DNA from: a virus
Lineage: Duplodnaviria; Caudoviricetes
Length of the DNA stretch: 28,109 nt
IMG/VR virus record: IMGVR_UViG_3300025502_000112
Location: 1 to 28,109 of that record
Direction: 5' to 3' (one strand)
In this document: positions 1-7,736 of the stretch, piece by piece
How positions within the stretch are numbered: the first letter of the stretch is position 1
Layout: every line of letters begins with the position of its first letter
Program-made: the position numbers and the translations under genes
The notes under the pieces: generated by a model
What the model was told of the DNA's origin: nothing
Databases searched by the model: none
What the model saw: the letters and a program-made list of their open reading frames with translations, nothing else

Positions 1-368
1 CCAAATTCCTGTGCTACTTCTGCCATTTGTATTTGTCCTACCCTAATTTCATGCTCAGTGCTAAAGTCTAAATCACGTACAAAATGAAGGTAATCATGCC
101 AAAATCTGAACGCCCAATTATGGTGTGGCTTTAGATAGATGGTATTAACACTTGCACCTTTATATACTTTATAAGGCTGAACGTTACGTAGTGCGGCTTT
201 AAAGCATTCTTTTACCGTGTCGAATGAATCAGGTGCATTGTCACACTCTTCATAGTTTACGCCCGTTATACGTGTCACGTGTTGCGCCTTACGTGTAACA
301 AAGTCGCTTAAGCGTGTCCGTGCCATTAATAAATTGTTGGTTCTATTGCTTGCTGGTATTGTTGTCAT
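1..368 (-). CDS. Early phage protein with HDxxH metal-binding-like motif (partial, runs off left edge)
   Basis: Not in ORF track. Manual translation from ATG at 368: MTTIPASNRTNNLLMARTRL...NWAFRFWHDYLHFVRDLDFSTEHE..., open to position 1; SD AAGGAA upstream. Confidence 0.75.
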   Translation of the reverse strand, partial: MTTIPASNRTNNLLMARTRLSDFVTRKAQHVTRITGVNYEECDNAPDSFDTVKECFKAALRNVQPYKVYKGASVNTIYLKPHHNWAFRFWHDYLHFVRDLDFSTEHEIRVGQIQMAEVAQEF

Positions 369-390
369 AATAATAATTCCTTTATATAAG

Positions 391-537
391 TTATTTAATT
401 AAAGTAGACAAAGCCACTTGCTTCAATTCTGAGGTATCTTGTAAGCTATCAACATGACAGTTGATAGTGTGCCACTGTATCCATCCGTAATTGTCAATCG
501 TGCCTCTTGTGTTGTCTAGTGTAAATGAGTGAGTCAT
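391..537 (-). CDS. Small hypothetical early protein (48 aa, MTHSFTLDN...)
   Basis: ATG at 537 preceded by AAGGGAA; the track's longer start lies inside the hairpin repeat. Confidence 0.6.
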   Translation of the reverse strand: MTHSFTLDNTRGTIDNYGWIQWHTINCHVDSLQDTSELKQVALSTLIK

Positions 538-559
538 AATGTATTCCCTTATATTGTTT

Positions 560-609
560 GGCTTAACTAGCCCCTCAAGACACTGTTTAAACAATGCCTT
601 GATAGATAG
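560..609 (-). repeat. 50-nt intergenic hairpin repeat, copy 1
   Basis: 47/50 identical to 815-864; core TCAAGACACTGTTTAAACAATGCCTTGA pairs fully as minus-strand RNA using G-U pairs. Confidence 0.9.
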
Positions 610-611
610 CT

Positions 612-791
612 TTACCAGTCTCTACGCAATGCTTCGTACATCTCTTTAAAATCGATCGCACCTTGTTCTGCATGTATCTTTTTATTAAAGATGTGTGTTG
701 ATAGTGGTGTAAGCGCATCTTCGTTTGCGTATAAGTTTACAATGTATTTTACAGGGAGTGTATTTCTTTTTGTAACTTCAGTAATAATCAT
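612..791 (-). CDS. Small hypothetical early protein (59 aa, MIITEVTKRN...)
   Basis: ATG at 791 with leader ACAAACGAAAGGT, identical to the leader of the SprT gene. Confidence 0.7.
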   Translation of the reverse strand: MIITEVTKRNTLPVKYIVNLYANEDALTPLSTHIFNKKIHAEQGAIDFKEMYEALRRDW

Positions 792-814
792 TTTTAAAAC
801 CTTTCGTTTGTAGA

Positions 815-864
815 GGCTAAACCAGCCCATCAAGACACTGTTTAAACAATGCCTTGATAGATAG
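815..864 (-). repeat. 50-nt intergenic hairpin repeat, copy 2
   Basis: Begins immediately after the TAA of the SprT gene; 47/50 identical to 560-609. Confidence 0.9.
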
Positions 865-1446
865 TTAAACAACCTGCATGGTTTCCGAACATACCCCACA
901 TATAGGTAGAGCAATCTCCGCCCACTTACGCGATGTTCTTACAACATAGCCACAAGTCCCACACTCACATTTTATCATGCGCGTGGTTTGCTTTTTCTGC
1001 TTAGTGTAATCAATTTTCGCGTGTGGATAGTCACCTAGCACGGCAATGACATTGGTTTGAAGATAGTCAATCAAAGTATCGGTTGATGTTGTGGCTGTCA
1101 TCTTACCTGTTAAGCCTACAGCTATAGCACACTGTTTAAACACCTTGCCATGTCCCGCTTGATTGCCTACAACAGCATGTACCAATTCATGAACCAATAC
1201 TCCCAACATCATTTGGTTATCGTCAACGGTTGGAGATATCATAATCTCGGTTGTATTATCATCAGATGCGGCTGGAGACCAGCATTGCCCAATGGTGCGT
1301 AGTTTAGCACCGAATGCCCCCTTGCTCGGCAGGCCACACGTCAAGCGTAGTTTGTCAGGCAAGTCATAACCAGCCTTAACGAACAAGCCAGCCAGTATGA
1401 TATCACTTGCTTGGTTTAGATAATCTTCTCTGTTTAATATTTTCAT
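865..1446 (-). CDS. SprT-like zinc metallopeptidase with C-terminal Zn ribbon
   Basis: VLVHELVH (HExxH) plus downstream GHGKVF third ligand; C-terminal CECGTC...CGVC. Confidence 0.8.
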   Translation of the reverse strand: MKILNREDYLNQASDIILAGLFVKAGYDLPDKLRLTCGLPSKGAFGAKLRTIGQCWSPAASDDNTTEIMISPTVDDNQMMLGVLVHELVHAVVGNQAGHGKVFKQCAIAVGLTGKMTATTSTDTLIDYLQTNVIAVLGDYPHAKIDYTKQKKQTTRMIKCECGTCGYVVRTSRKWAEIALPICGVCSETMQVV

Positions 1447-1484
1447 CTTAATACCTTTCGTTTGTTGTGGTGTTGCTAGATATA

Positions 1485-1513
1485 ACCATAAACCCCTATA
1501 TTCGGGATGTCAA
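1485..1513 (-). promoter_or_regulatory. Sigma70-type early promoter
   Basis: Minus strand TTGACA-17 nt-TATGGT, about 40 nt upstream of the first early gene. Confidence 0.75.
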
Positions 1514-2035
1514 GCATTATCTTTACATTTATATATGTAGTTAGTTAGAATGCATAGTTATGTATGTATCCGTAGAAGTAGGCTTGCGTTAAGGGGGGTA
1601 CAAGCCACGAACTCCTCGTCACCTATAGGATAGCATAGGGGGATAAAGGGGGATAAGTACATTATGGGGAGGACTTCTTCAAGTGGAGGAGGAGTACTTG
1701 GGGCAGTAGTATAGGATGGTGTGGATATATGTGTATGGAGGTAGCCACCCCAACCCTCACCTCTATGTAAACTGCTAGAGGTACCGAGAAACTCACCGAA
1801 TAACAGGCTAGAACACCATATAACTAGGGGGGAGGGGGGAATTTTTCTACTCTATATATATAGTACCCACCTAAATACAAAATAGTAGCTTTTAGGGATT
1901 CCCCATAAACTCCAACGAATACAACGACTTAGCTAAAGTATAATATAAACTGTTAAAGGGGGGAGATTTGAATAACACGCTACCTCTAGCAACTACGTGT
2001 TATTCAGATAATATTAAACTAAATAAAAATAAAGC
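1514..2035. other. Non-coding region between divergent arms; probable genome terminus, terminal repeat or packaging region
   Basis: No credible ORF; G-run motifs, tandem AGGGGGATAA (1637-1656) and inverted repeats; lies between the first early promoter and terS. Confidence 0.5.
1969..2006. repeat. Perfect 11-bp inverted repeat
   Basis: TGAATAACACG-16 nt-CGTGTTATTCA. Confidence 0.85.
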
Positions 2036-2064
2036 TTGACAAAGGATTAAAAGTATGGTATAAT
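2036..2064 (+). promoter_or_regulatory. Consensus sigma70 promoter for the virion arm
   Basis: TTGACA-17 nt-TATAAT with extended -10 TG and A-rich UP-like tract. Confidence 0.9.
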
Positions 2065-2081
2065 CTTATTTCTTTGTTAGT

Positions 2082-2168
2082 TAAGAGATTTTAGGTTTGT
2101 TTGGTTTTGTACTTTCTCTCTTACACCACCACTACTCCTTCTCTCTTAGTATGGTGAACCGAGGGAAG
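2082..2168 (+). promoter_or_regulatory. Structured 5' leader able to sequester the terS Shine-Dalgarno (candidate pseudoknot)
   Basis: 2127-2136 pairs with 2148-2156; loop CTTCTCTC (2138-2145) is complementary to GAGGGAAG (2161-2168). Confidence 0.45.
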
Positions 2169-2176
2169 CTATTATC

Positions 2177-2701
2177 ATTACAGAAAAAACTACTACTACA
2201 CTAGAAACTCCTCCTCCTCTAACTACAGAAGAGGCTAATGCTTTACATGTAGCTAAGAATACAGAGAAGAGAAAGAAAAGAGGAAGACCTCGTAAAGCTG
2301 AATTAAAAAAGAAGGGCTCTGGTATTATCGGTAGACCTAAGGGGGATAACTCTGTCATCAATGAGTATAAAGCTCGTATGTTGGCTTCCCCTAAAAGTAG
2401 GAAGGTATTAGATACTATACTTAGTGCTGCTTTAGATGATGGACATAAACATCAGGCTGCTGCTTGGAAGATAGTCACTGATAGGATATTACCTGTTGGT
2501 CTGTTTGAGAAGGATGTTATGGGTGGTGGAGGTAGACCATCTGTTAACATTACTATTACTGGAGTAGGTGGTATTAGTAGTAACGATGATGGTAATATGG
2601 AAATAGTACAAGAAGAAGAAGAAGAAGAGATAGAAGAAGAAGCTATAGAAATAGAAGTAGGTGGTATTGATTCTTTTGAATACGGTGGAGCTAACGAATA
2701 A
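2177..2701 (+). CDS. terS: Terminase small subunit (probable ATT start; track start 2378 is truncated)
   Basis: Frame open from TAG at 2147; encodes KKRGRPRK and GRPKG basic motifs upstream of M2378; first gene of the packaging module. Confidence 0.7.
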   Translation: MTEKTTTTLETPPPLTTEEANALHVAKNTEKRKKRGRPRKAELKKKGSGIIGRPKGDNSVINEYKARMLASPKSRKVLDTILSAALDDGHKHQAAAWKIVTDRILPVGLFEKDVMGGGGRPSVNITITGVGGISSNDDGNMEIVQEEEEEEIEEEAIEIEVGGIDSFEYGGANE

Positions 2702-2705
2702 CGAT

Positions 2706-3971
2706 ATGCCAGCAGAAAACATATATAGAATTAAAGAGGGTGATACCCTATCTGATTTATTCGGTCAGAACTGGCAGGAAGTAGCTGCCTTTAACGGTAT
2801 TGATGACCCTACTAAACTGCAGGTAGGACAAGAGATTGACCTCAACTTATACGACTATTCGATAGTCCCACAAGGACAAGAAAGTCAAGAACAACAACTT
2901 AGTGGTGAGGAGAGTTTCTTATCGGGGGCTGCTGATTGGGCTACAAGTTTCTTTAGAGAAGTTGGTGCTGATGCTCGTGATGTCTATGAAGACTTATCAG
3001 CTAGCTCTATCGAGGATGATGATGTATACTCTTCGTTTACTAAAACACCTGCTTCATCTTTTCCAATACCAGAAGTGGAAGGAGAAGTTCCACCACAAGC
3101 TCCAGTAGTAACTCCAGAAGTAACTCCAGTCTACGACAGTGCAAAAACTGGCACGTTGTTTCCTATTGGTGGCGATATTGAAAACATTCAAGCTATACTA
3201 GGAGTAACAGTGGATGGTGTTGTAGGAAATGAGACCAGAGAGGCTTACTCTAAACTCTTTACTACAGACAATCTAGCAGCTATTCTAACAGCTGAAGGTG
3301 GAGATGATACAGGTGAGGGTATACAACATCAGGGTGCTGAGATAAAGGCAGCCCTAAACCCTACTCCGATACTACAGACCACTAGGTACGGTGTAGTAAC
3401 ACCTCATACATATGTGAAGAGAGAAAATGGTGAACTTGTAACTAAGACTGTAGCTGGCTTTCCTAAGGAGACGGGTGAGAGTGATAGAGCACACGCATTG
3501 AGGTATTATGAGACAAACGTAATACCTAAACTAAAAGTTATTAAAGGTATTGAACATGAACCTACTGCAGTAATGGAGGCGGTGACTAAATATATTTGGA
3601 ATAAAGGTAAGCTACCTAGTTCTTTTGATTTAGCTAATGAGATTACTTCACAAGAAGGTCTGTTAGATATTACTACTTCTGGTGGACTACAACTAAATGG
3701 TGTAGTTAATAGAACTCTTGGAGAGTATAACGCTATTGCTGAGGTTAAAGGTTGGAGACAAGTGAACAAGATTAGAACTATTAGAGACCCTGATAACACT
3801 AGTAAGTTTAAGGTAGAATACTACGATAATACGGGATTAGTTCATGACGATGAAGAGTACAAGGGAAGAAATAGTGAATCCAACAGCAGATATGTAGCAG
3901 ATAGGGAATATGATGTTGATAGTAATAATGAGATTGTTATAACGAGTAGTAGGGCAATACCCACATCTTGA
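2706..3971 (+). CDS. LysM + PG_binding_1 + divergent lysozyme-like protein
   Basis: YRIKEGDTLS...NGIDDPTKLQVGQEI (LysM); LGVTVDGVVGNET (PG-binding); AVTKYIWNKG and GGLQLNGVVNRTLGE resemble GH24 motifs. Confidence 0.7.
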   Translation: MPAENIYRIKEGDTLSDLFGQNWQEVAAFNGIDDPTKLQVGQEIDLNLYDYSIVPQGQESQEQQLSGEESFLSGAADWATSFFREVGADARDVYEDLSASSIEDDDVYSSFTKTPASSFPIPEVEGEVPPQAPVVTPEVTPVYDSAKTGTLFPIGGDIENIQAILGVTVDGVVGNETREAYSKLFTTDNLAAILTAEGGDDTGEGIQHQGAEIKAALNPTPILQTTRYGVVTPHTYVKRENGELVTKTVAGFPKETGESDRAHALRYYETNVIPKLKVIKGIEHEPTAVMEAVTKYIWNKGKLPSSFDLANEITSQEGLLDITTSGGLQLNGVVNRTLGEYNAIAEVKGWRQVNKIRTIRDPDNTSKFKVEYYDNTGLVHDDEEYKGRNSESNSRYVADREYDVDSNNEIVITSSRAIPTS

Positions 3972-5227
3972 GTAGCACAGACCTAAACATTAAGCTCCTA
4001 CCATGGCAAGAAGAGGTATGGGCTAGTAAGACAAGATTTAAAGTGGTAGCCGCAGGTAGACGAACTGGTAAGTCCAGACTAGCTGCTTGGCTCCTTATCG
4101 TTAATGCACTACAGACAGGTAAGGGTAATGTATTTTACGTTGCTCCTACGCAAGGGCAGGCTAGGGATATTATTTGGCAGACTCTATTAGAGTTAGCTCA
4201 TCCTGTTATAAAGACCAGTCATATTAACAATTTACAGATTACGTTAATCAATGGTGCTACTATTTCCCTAAAAGGAGCTGATAGACCAGAGACCATGCGT
4301 GGTGTTAGTTTGAAGTTCCTAGTGATGGACGAGTATGCAGATATGAAACCTGCAGTCTGGGAGCAGATTTTAAGGCCAGCCCTTGCCGACCAGAAGGGAG
4401 AAGCACTGTTTATCGGTACTCCTATGGGGAGAAATCACTTCTATGACTTGTATAAGTATGCAGACTTAGGAGAGGATGTAACGTATGAGGGCTGGCACTT
4501 TACTTCGTATGACAACCCTCTACTAGACCCAGAGGAGATTAACTTAGCAAAAAGCTCTATGTCTTCTTATGCGTTTAGACAAGAGTTCATGGCTTCTTTT
4601 GAAGCTATGGGTAGTGAGATATTTAAAGAAGAGTGGGTATCCTTTGAAGCAGAACCTCCAAAACATGGAGAGTACTATATCGCCATTGACTTGGCAGGCT
4701 TTGAAGAGGTAGGGAAAGCTAAGACAAAGCATAAAAGATTAGATAACACAGCCATCTCTATAGCTAAGGTGAATGAAGATGGTTGGTATGTAGAGGATAT
4801 TATCTTCGGTAGGTGGACTTTTGATGAGACTGTCAATAGGATATTCAAAGCTGTTGCTAAGTACCAACCAATCTCTGTAGGTATTGAGAAAGGTATTGCT
4901 AGGCAAGCTGTGATGTCACCCCTTACAGACATGATGAAGAAGCAGGGTAGGTTCTTTAGAGTAGTAGAGTTAACTCACGGTAACAGAAAGAAAACAGATA
5001 GGATAGTATCTGCCTTACAAGGTAAGTTTGAACACGGAACTATCAAGCTAGCGGAAGGAGATTGGAACGCTGAGTTCTTAGATGAGCTGTTTCAATTCCC
5101 TAACCCTCTAGTGCATGATGACTTGATTGACTCTTTATCCTACATAGACCAGTTAGCTTTAGTGTCTTACGGATATGACTTTGAAGAAGATAACTACGAA
5201 CCAATGGATATAACTGCTGGTTATTAA
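3968..5227 (+). CDS. terL: Terminase large subunit
   Basis: AGRRTGKS Walker A, VMDEYA Walker B, GTP coupling motif, AIDLA and HDDLIDS nuclease motifs; TTG start overlapping upstream TGA. Confidence 0.95.
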   Translation: MSSTDLNIKLLPWQEEVWASKTRFKVVAAGRRTGKSRLAAWLLIVNALQTGKGNVFYVAPTQGQARDIIWQTLLELAHPVIKTSHINNLQITLINGATISLKGADRPETMRGVSLKFLVMDEYADMKPAVWEQILRPALADQKGEALFIGTPMGRNHFYDLYKYADLGEDVTYEGWHFTSYDNPLLDPEEINLAKSSMSSYAFRQEFMASFEAMGSEIFKEEWVSFEAEPPKHGEYYIAIDLAGFEEVGKAKTKHKRLDNTAISIAKVNEDGWYVEDIIFGRWTFDETVNRIFKAVAKYQPISVGIEKGIARQAVMSPLTDMMKKQGRFFRVVELTHGNRKKTDRIVSALQGKFEHGTIKLAEGDWNAEFLDELFQFPNPLVHDDLIDSLSYIDQLALVSYGYDFEEDNYEPMDITAGY

Positions 5228-5251
5228 TATAGATAGCTTAAGGGTGGGATA

Positions 5252-7231
5252 ATGGAAGAACTGGACAATCTAGAATTAAATCAATGGGTGATGGAGAAGT
5301 GTGACTCTTGGAGAGACCACTACGAATCTAACTATAGAGGAGACCACGAAGAGTACTATAGACTCTGGAGAGGTATCTGGGCATCTAGTGACCAAGAGAG
5401 AAAGTCAGAACGTTCACGTATCATTACACCTGCATTACAACAGGCTGTAGAGTCTTCTGTTGCAGAAGTTGAAGAAGCAACCTTTGGTCGTGGTAAGTGG
5501 TTTGACCTACATGATGACTTCCAAGATAATGAAAAGATTGACATTGAGTTAGTTAAAAAACAATTAGAAGAAGACATGCAGTTCGCTAAAGCTAGAAGCT
5601 CTATCAGCGAAGTGTTAATCAATAGTGCTGTCTACGGTACAGGTATTGGTGAAGTCTACTTAGATGATGTAATTGAATACGTCCCTACTAGCCAACCAGT
5701 GATGGATGGTGCAATGCAAGCTGTAGGTGTTAACAAGAAAGAAAGGTTTATCGTTAAGTTAAGACCTATTCTTCCTCAAAACTTCTTAATCGACCCAGTA
5801 GCATCAAGCATTGAAGAGGCACTTGGTTGTGCTACAGATATGTTTGTACCTGCACATCAAGTACAGATTGATATTGATAATGGTATCTACCGAAATGTAG
5901 AGATTGAGACTACTTCTACAGACTCTAAATTAGAAGCAGACCAAGATACAAGTTATCAAGACGACAACAGAGTTCGTCTTACTAAATACTACGGCCTAAT
6001 CCCTAAGCATCTATTTGAAGCTGAGATGGATAATGAAGAAGAAGAGGGTGAGTTAGAGTCCCTATTCCCTGACGAGGTTGGTAATGATGACTCCTATGTG
6101 GAGGCTATTGTTATTATTGCTAACGGGGAAACTATCTTAAAAGTAGAAGCTAACCCGTTTATGATGCAGGATAGACCTATCGTAGCCTTCCAATGGGATA
6201 CAGTACCTAGTAAGTTCTGGGGCCGTGGTGTCTGTGAGAAGGGCTATAACAGTCAGAAAGCATTAGATACAGAGCTTAGAGCGCGTATTGATGCACTAGC
6301 TCTTACAGTACATCCTATGATGGCTATTGATGCTTCTCGTATGCCTAGAGGTGCTAAGTTTGATATTAAACCAGGTAAGACATTCCTTACGAATGGTAAC
6401 CCTTCAGAAATCCTACAACCATTTAAGTTTGGTGCAGTAGACCAGATTACCTTTGCTCAAGGACAACAGCTACAGAACATGGTACAGCAAGCAACGGGTG
6501 CTGTAGATACTGTAGGCTTCCAAGGTGCGTTGAGTGGAGAGGCAACTGCTTCGGGTATCTCAATGGCACTGGGTGCTGTTATCAAGAGACATAAGAGAAC
6601 TCTCTTAAACTTCCAAGAGAATTTCCTTATACCGTTTATCCACAAAGCAATTCACAGGTACATGCAGTTTGACCCTGAGACTTATCCAGTACAAGACTAC
6701 AAGTTCATTGCTTCTAACTCTTTAGGTATTATTGCTAGAGAATATGAGGTCACACAGCTAGTACAGTTGCTACAGACTATGCCTGCGGATTCTCCAATGT
6801 ATCCAATGTTAGTAGAGTCTATTGTAGAGTCTATGAACCTTACAAACAGAGAATCTATCTTGGCTACTATTAGAGCAGCTAATGCAGATACTCCTGAGAA
6901 ACAACAAGCAGCTCAACAACAGCAGCAAGCACAACAACAACAGTTAATGCTTCAGCTACAACTAGCACAAGCTCAAGTACAGAAACTTCAAATAGAAGCA
7001 GCAGAGATTCAATCAAGAGTACAACAGAATAACGTTGAGACTCAGCTCTTACCTTTCGAGGAAGAGACAAGACGTATCGCTGCCATGTCTAAGAATACTC
7101 CTGTAGATGACTTTGAGAAAGCTGTTAAGATTGCTGAACTTAAAATTAAAGAAGAGGGCAACCTCATTAAAGCCGCAGATGTAGAGTCCAATGAAGTTAT
7201 TGCACAAATGCAGATGATGGGCAGAAAGTAA
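5252..7231 (+). CDS. Portal protein (P22-like, with Gln-rich C-terminal helical barrel)
   Basis: 659 aa after terL; VYGTGIG and FWGRGVCE motifs; coiled-coil tail. Confidence 0.9.
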   Translation: MEELDNLELNQWVMEKCDSWRDHYESNYRGDHEEYYRLWRGIWASSDQERKSERSRIITPALQQAVESSVAEVEEATFGRGKWFDLHDDFQDNEKIDIELVKKQLEEDMQFAKARSSISEVLINSAVYGTGIGEVYLDDVIEYVPTSQPVMDGAMQAVGVNKKERFIVKLRPILPQNFLIDPVASSIEEALGCATDMFVPAHQVQIDIDNGIYRNVEIETTSTDSKLEADQDTSYQDDNRVRLTKYYGLIPKHLFEAEMDNEEEEGELESLFPDEVGNDDSYVEAIVIIANGETILKVEANPFMMQDRPIVAFQWDTVPSKFWGRGVCEKGYNSQKALDTELRARIDALALTVHPMMAIDASRMPRGAKFDIKPGKTFLTNGNPSEILQPFKFGAVDQITFAQGQQLQNMVQQATGAVDTVGFQGALSGEATASGISMALGAVIKRHKRTLLNFQENFLIPFIHKAIHRYMQFDPETYPVQDYKFIASNSLGIIAREYEVTQLVQLLQTMPADSPMYPMLVESIVESMNLTNRESILATIRAANADTPEKQQAAQQQQQAQQQQLMLQLQLAQAQVQKLQIEAAEIQSRVQQNNVETQLLPFEEETRRIAAMSKNTPVDDFEKAVKIAELKIKEEGNLIKAADVESNEVIAQMQMMGRK

Positions 7232-7237
7232 AAAGAA

Positions 7238-7492
7238 ATGAATCTAGAAGATGAGAAATACTATGAAACCTTTTTTGATTTGTTTGGTACAGATGGCTGG
7301 GAGCAATTTACAGCCACTATCAAAGAAAACTTAGAAGGGTTCAGTATAGAGGGTTTAGAAGATGAGAAACACTTGCGACATGTGCAGGGACAAATTTTCA
7401 TTCTGAAGAACATCTCAAACTTCGAGACTAATACTCGAGCTTCTTACGACCAAATAATCTCCGAAGAACAGGAGAACGATTTTGCCTCGTAG
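7238..7492 (+). CDS. Hypothetical head-module protein
   Basis: 84 aa ORF between portal and scaffold, LFGTDGW motif. Confidence 0.75.
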   Translation: MNLEDEKYYETFFDLFGTDGWEQFTATIKENLEGFSIEGLEDEKHLRHVQGQIFILKNISNFETNTRASYDQIISEEQENDFAS

Positions 7493-7709
7493 GATGTTTG
7501 ATTTTAGGTGCGAAGACTTCCACACAACTGAGCGTTTTATAGACACAACAATAAAGTCTGTAGAGTGTGAGGTTTGTGGGGAGAAAGCGGTGAGGATAAT
7601 CTCTCCTGTTGCTTGTAAGTTAGATGCTATCTCTGGGGATTTTCCTGGGGAATCTATTAAGTGGGCAAGGAATCATGAGAGCGCTTCACGTATACACAAT
7701 AATCCATAA
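7482..7709 (+). CDS. FmdB-like zinc-ribbon protein
   Basis: FDFRCEDFH...CEVCG...RIIS pattern; TTG start with GGAG SD. Confidence 0.75.
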   Translation: MPRRMFDFRCEDFHTTERFIDTTIKSVECEVCGEKAVRIISPVACKLDAISGDFPGESIKWARNHESASRIHNNP

Positions 7710-7736
7710 TACTTTTATAAGTACGGAGTTAACAAA

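Noticed and set aside
560-864. Mini CRISPR array
   Set aside because: Only two copies, and the 205-nt spacer is a protein-coding gene
1129-1142. ACACTGTTTAAACA, a 14-nt match to the repeat core inside the SprT gene
   Set aside because: The flanking stem is absent and the site is in coding sequence; chance cannot be excluded
2151-2204. Upstream ATG ORF (17 aa) frameshifting into terS
   Set aside because: No SD, and the A6 run is not in register for a tandem -1 slip; an ATT start is simpler
2611-2660. GAA repeat in terS
   Set aside because: Ordinary acidic low-complexity tail
6900-6980. Poly-Gln stretch in portal
   Set aside because: Expected coiled-coil barrel of P22-like portals
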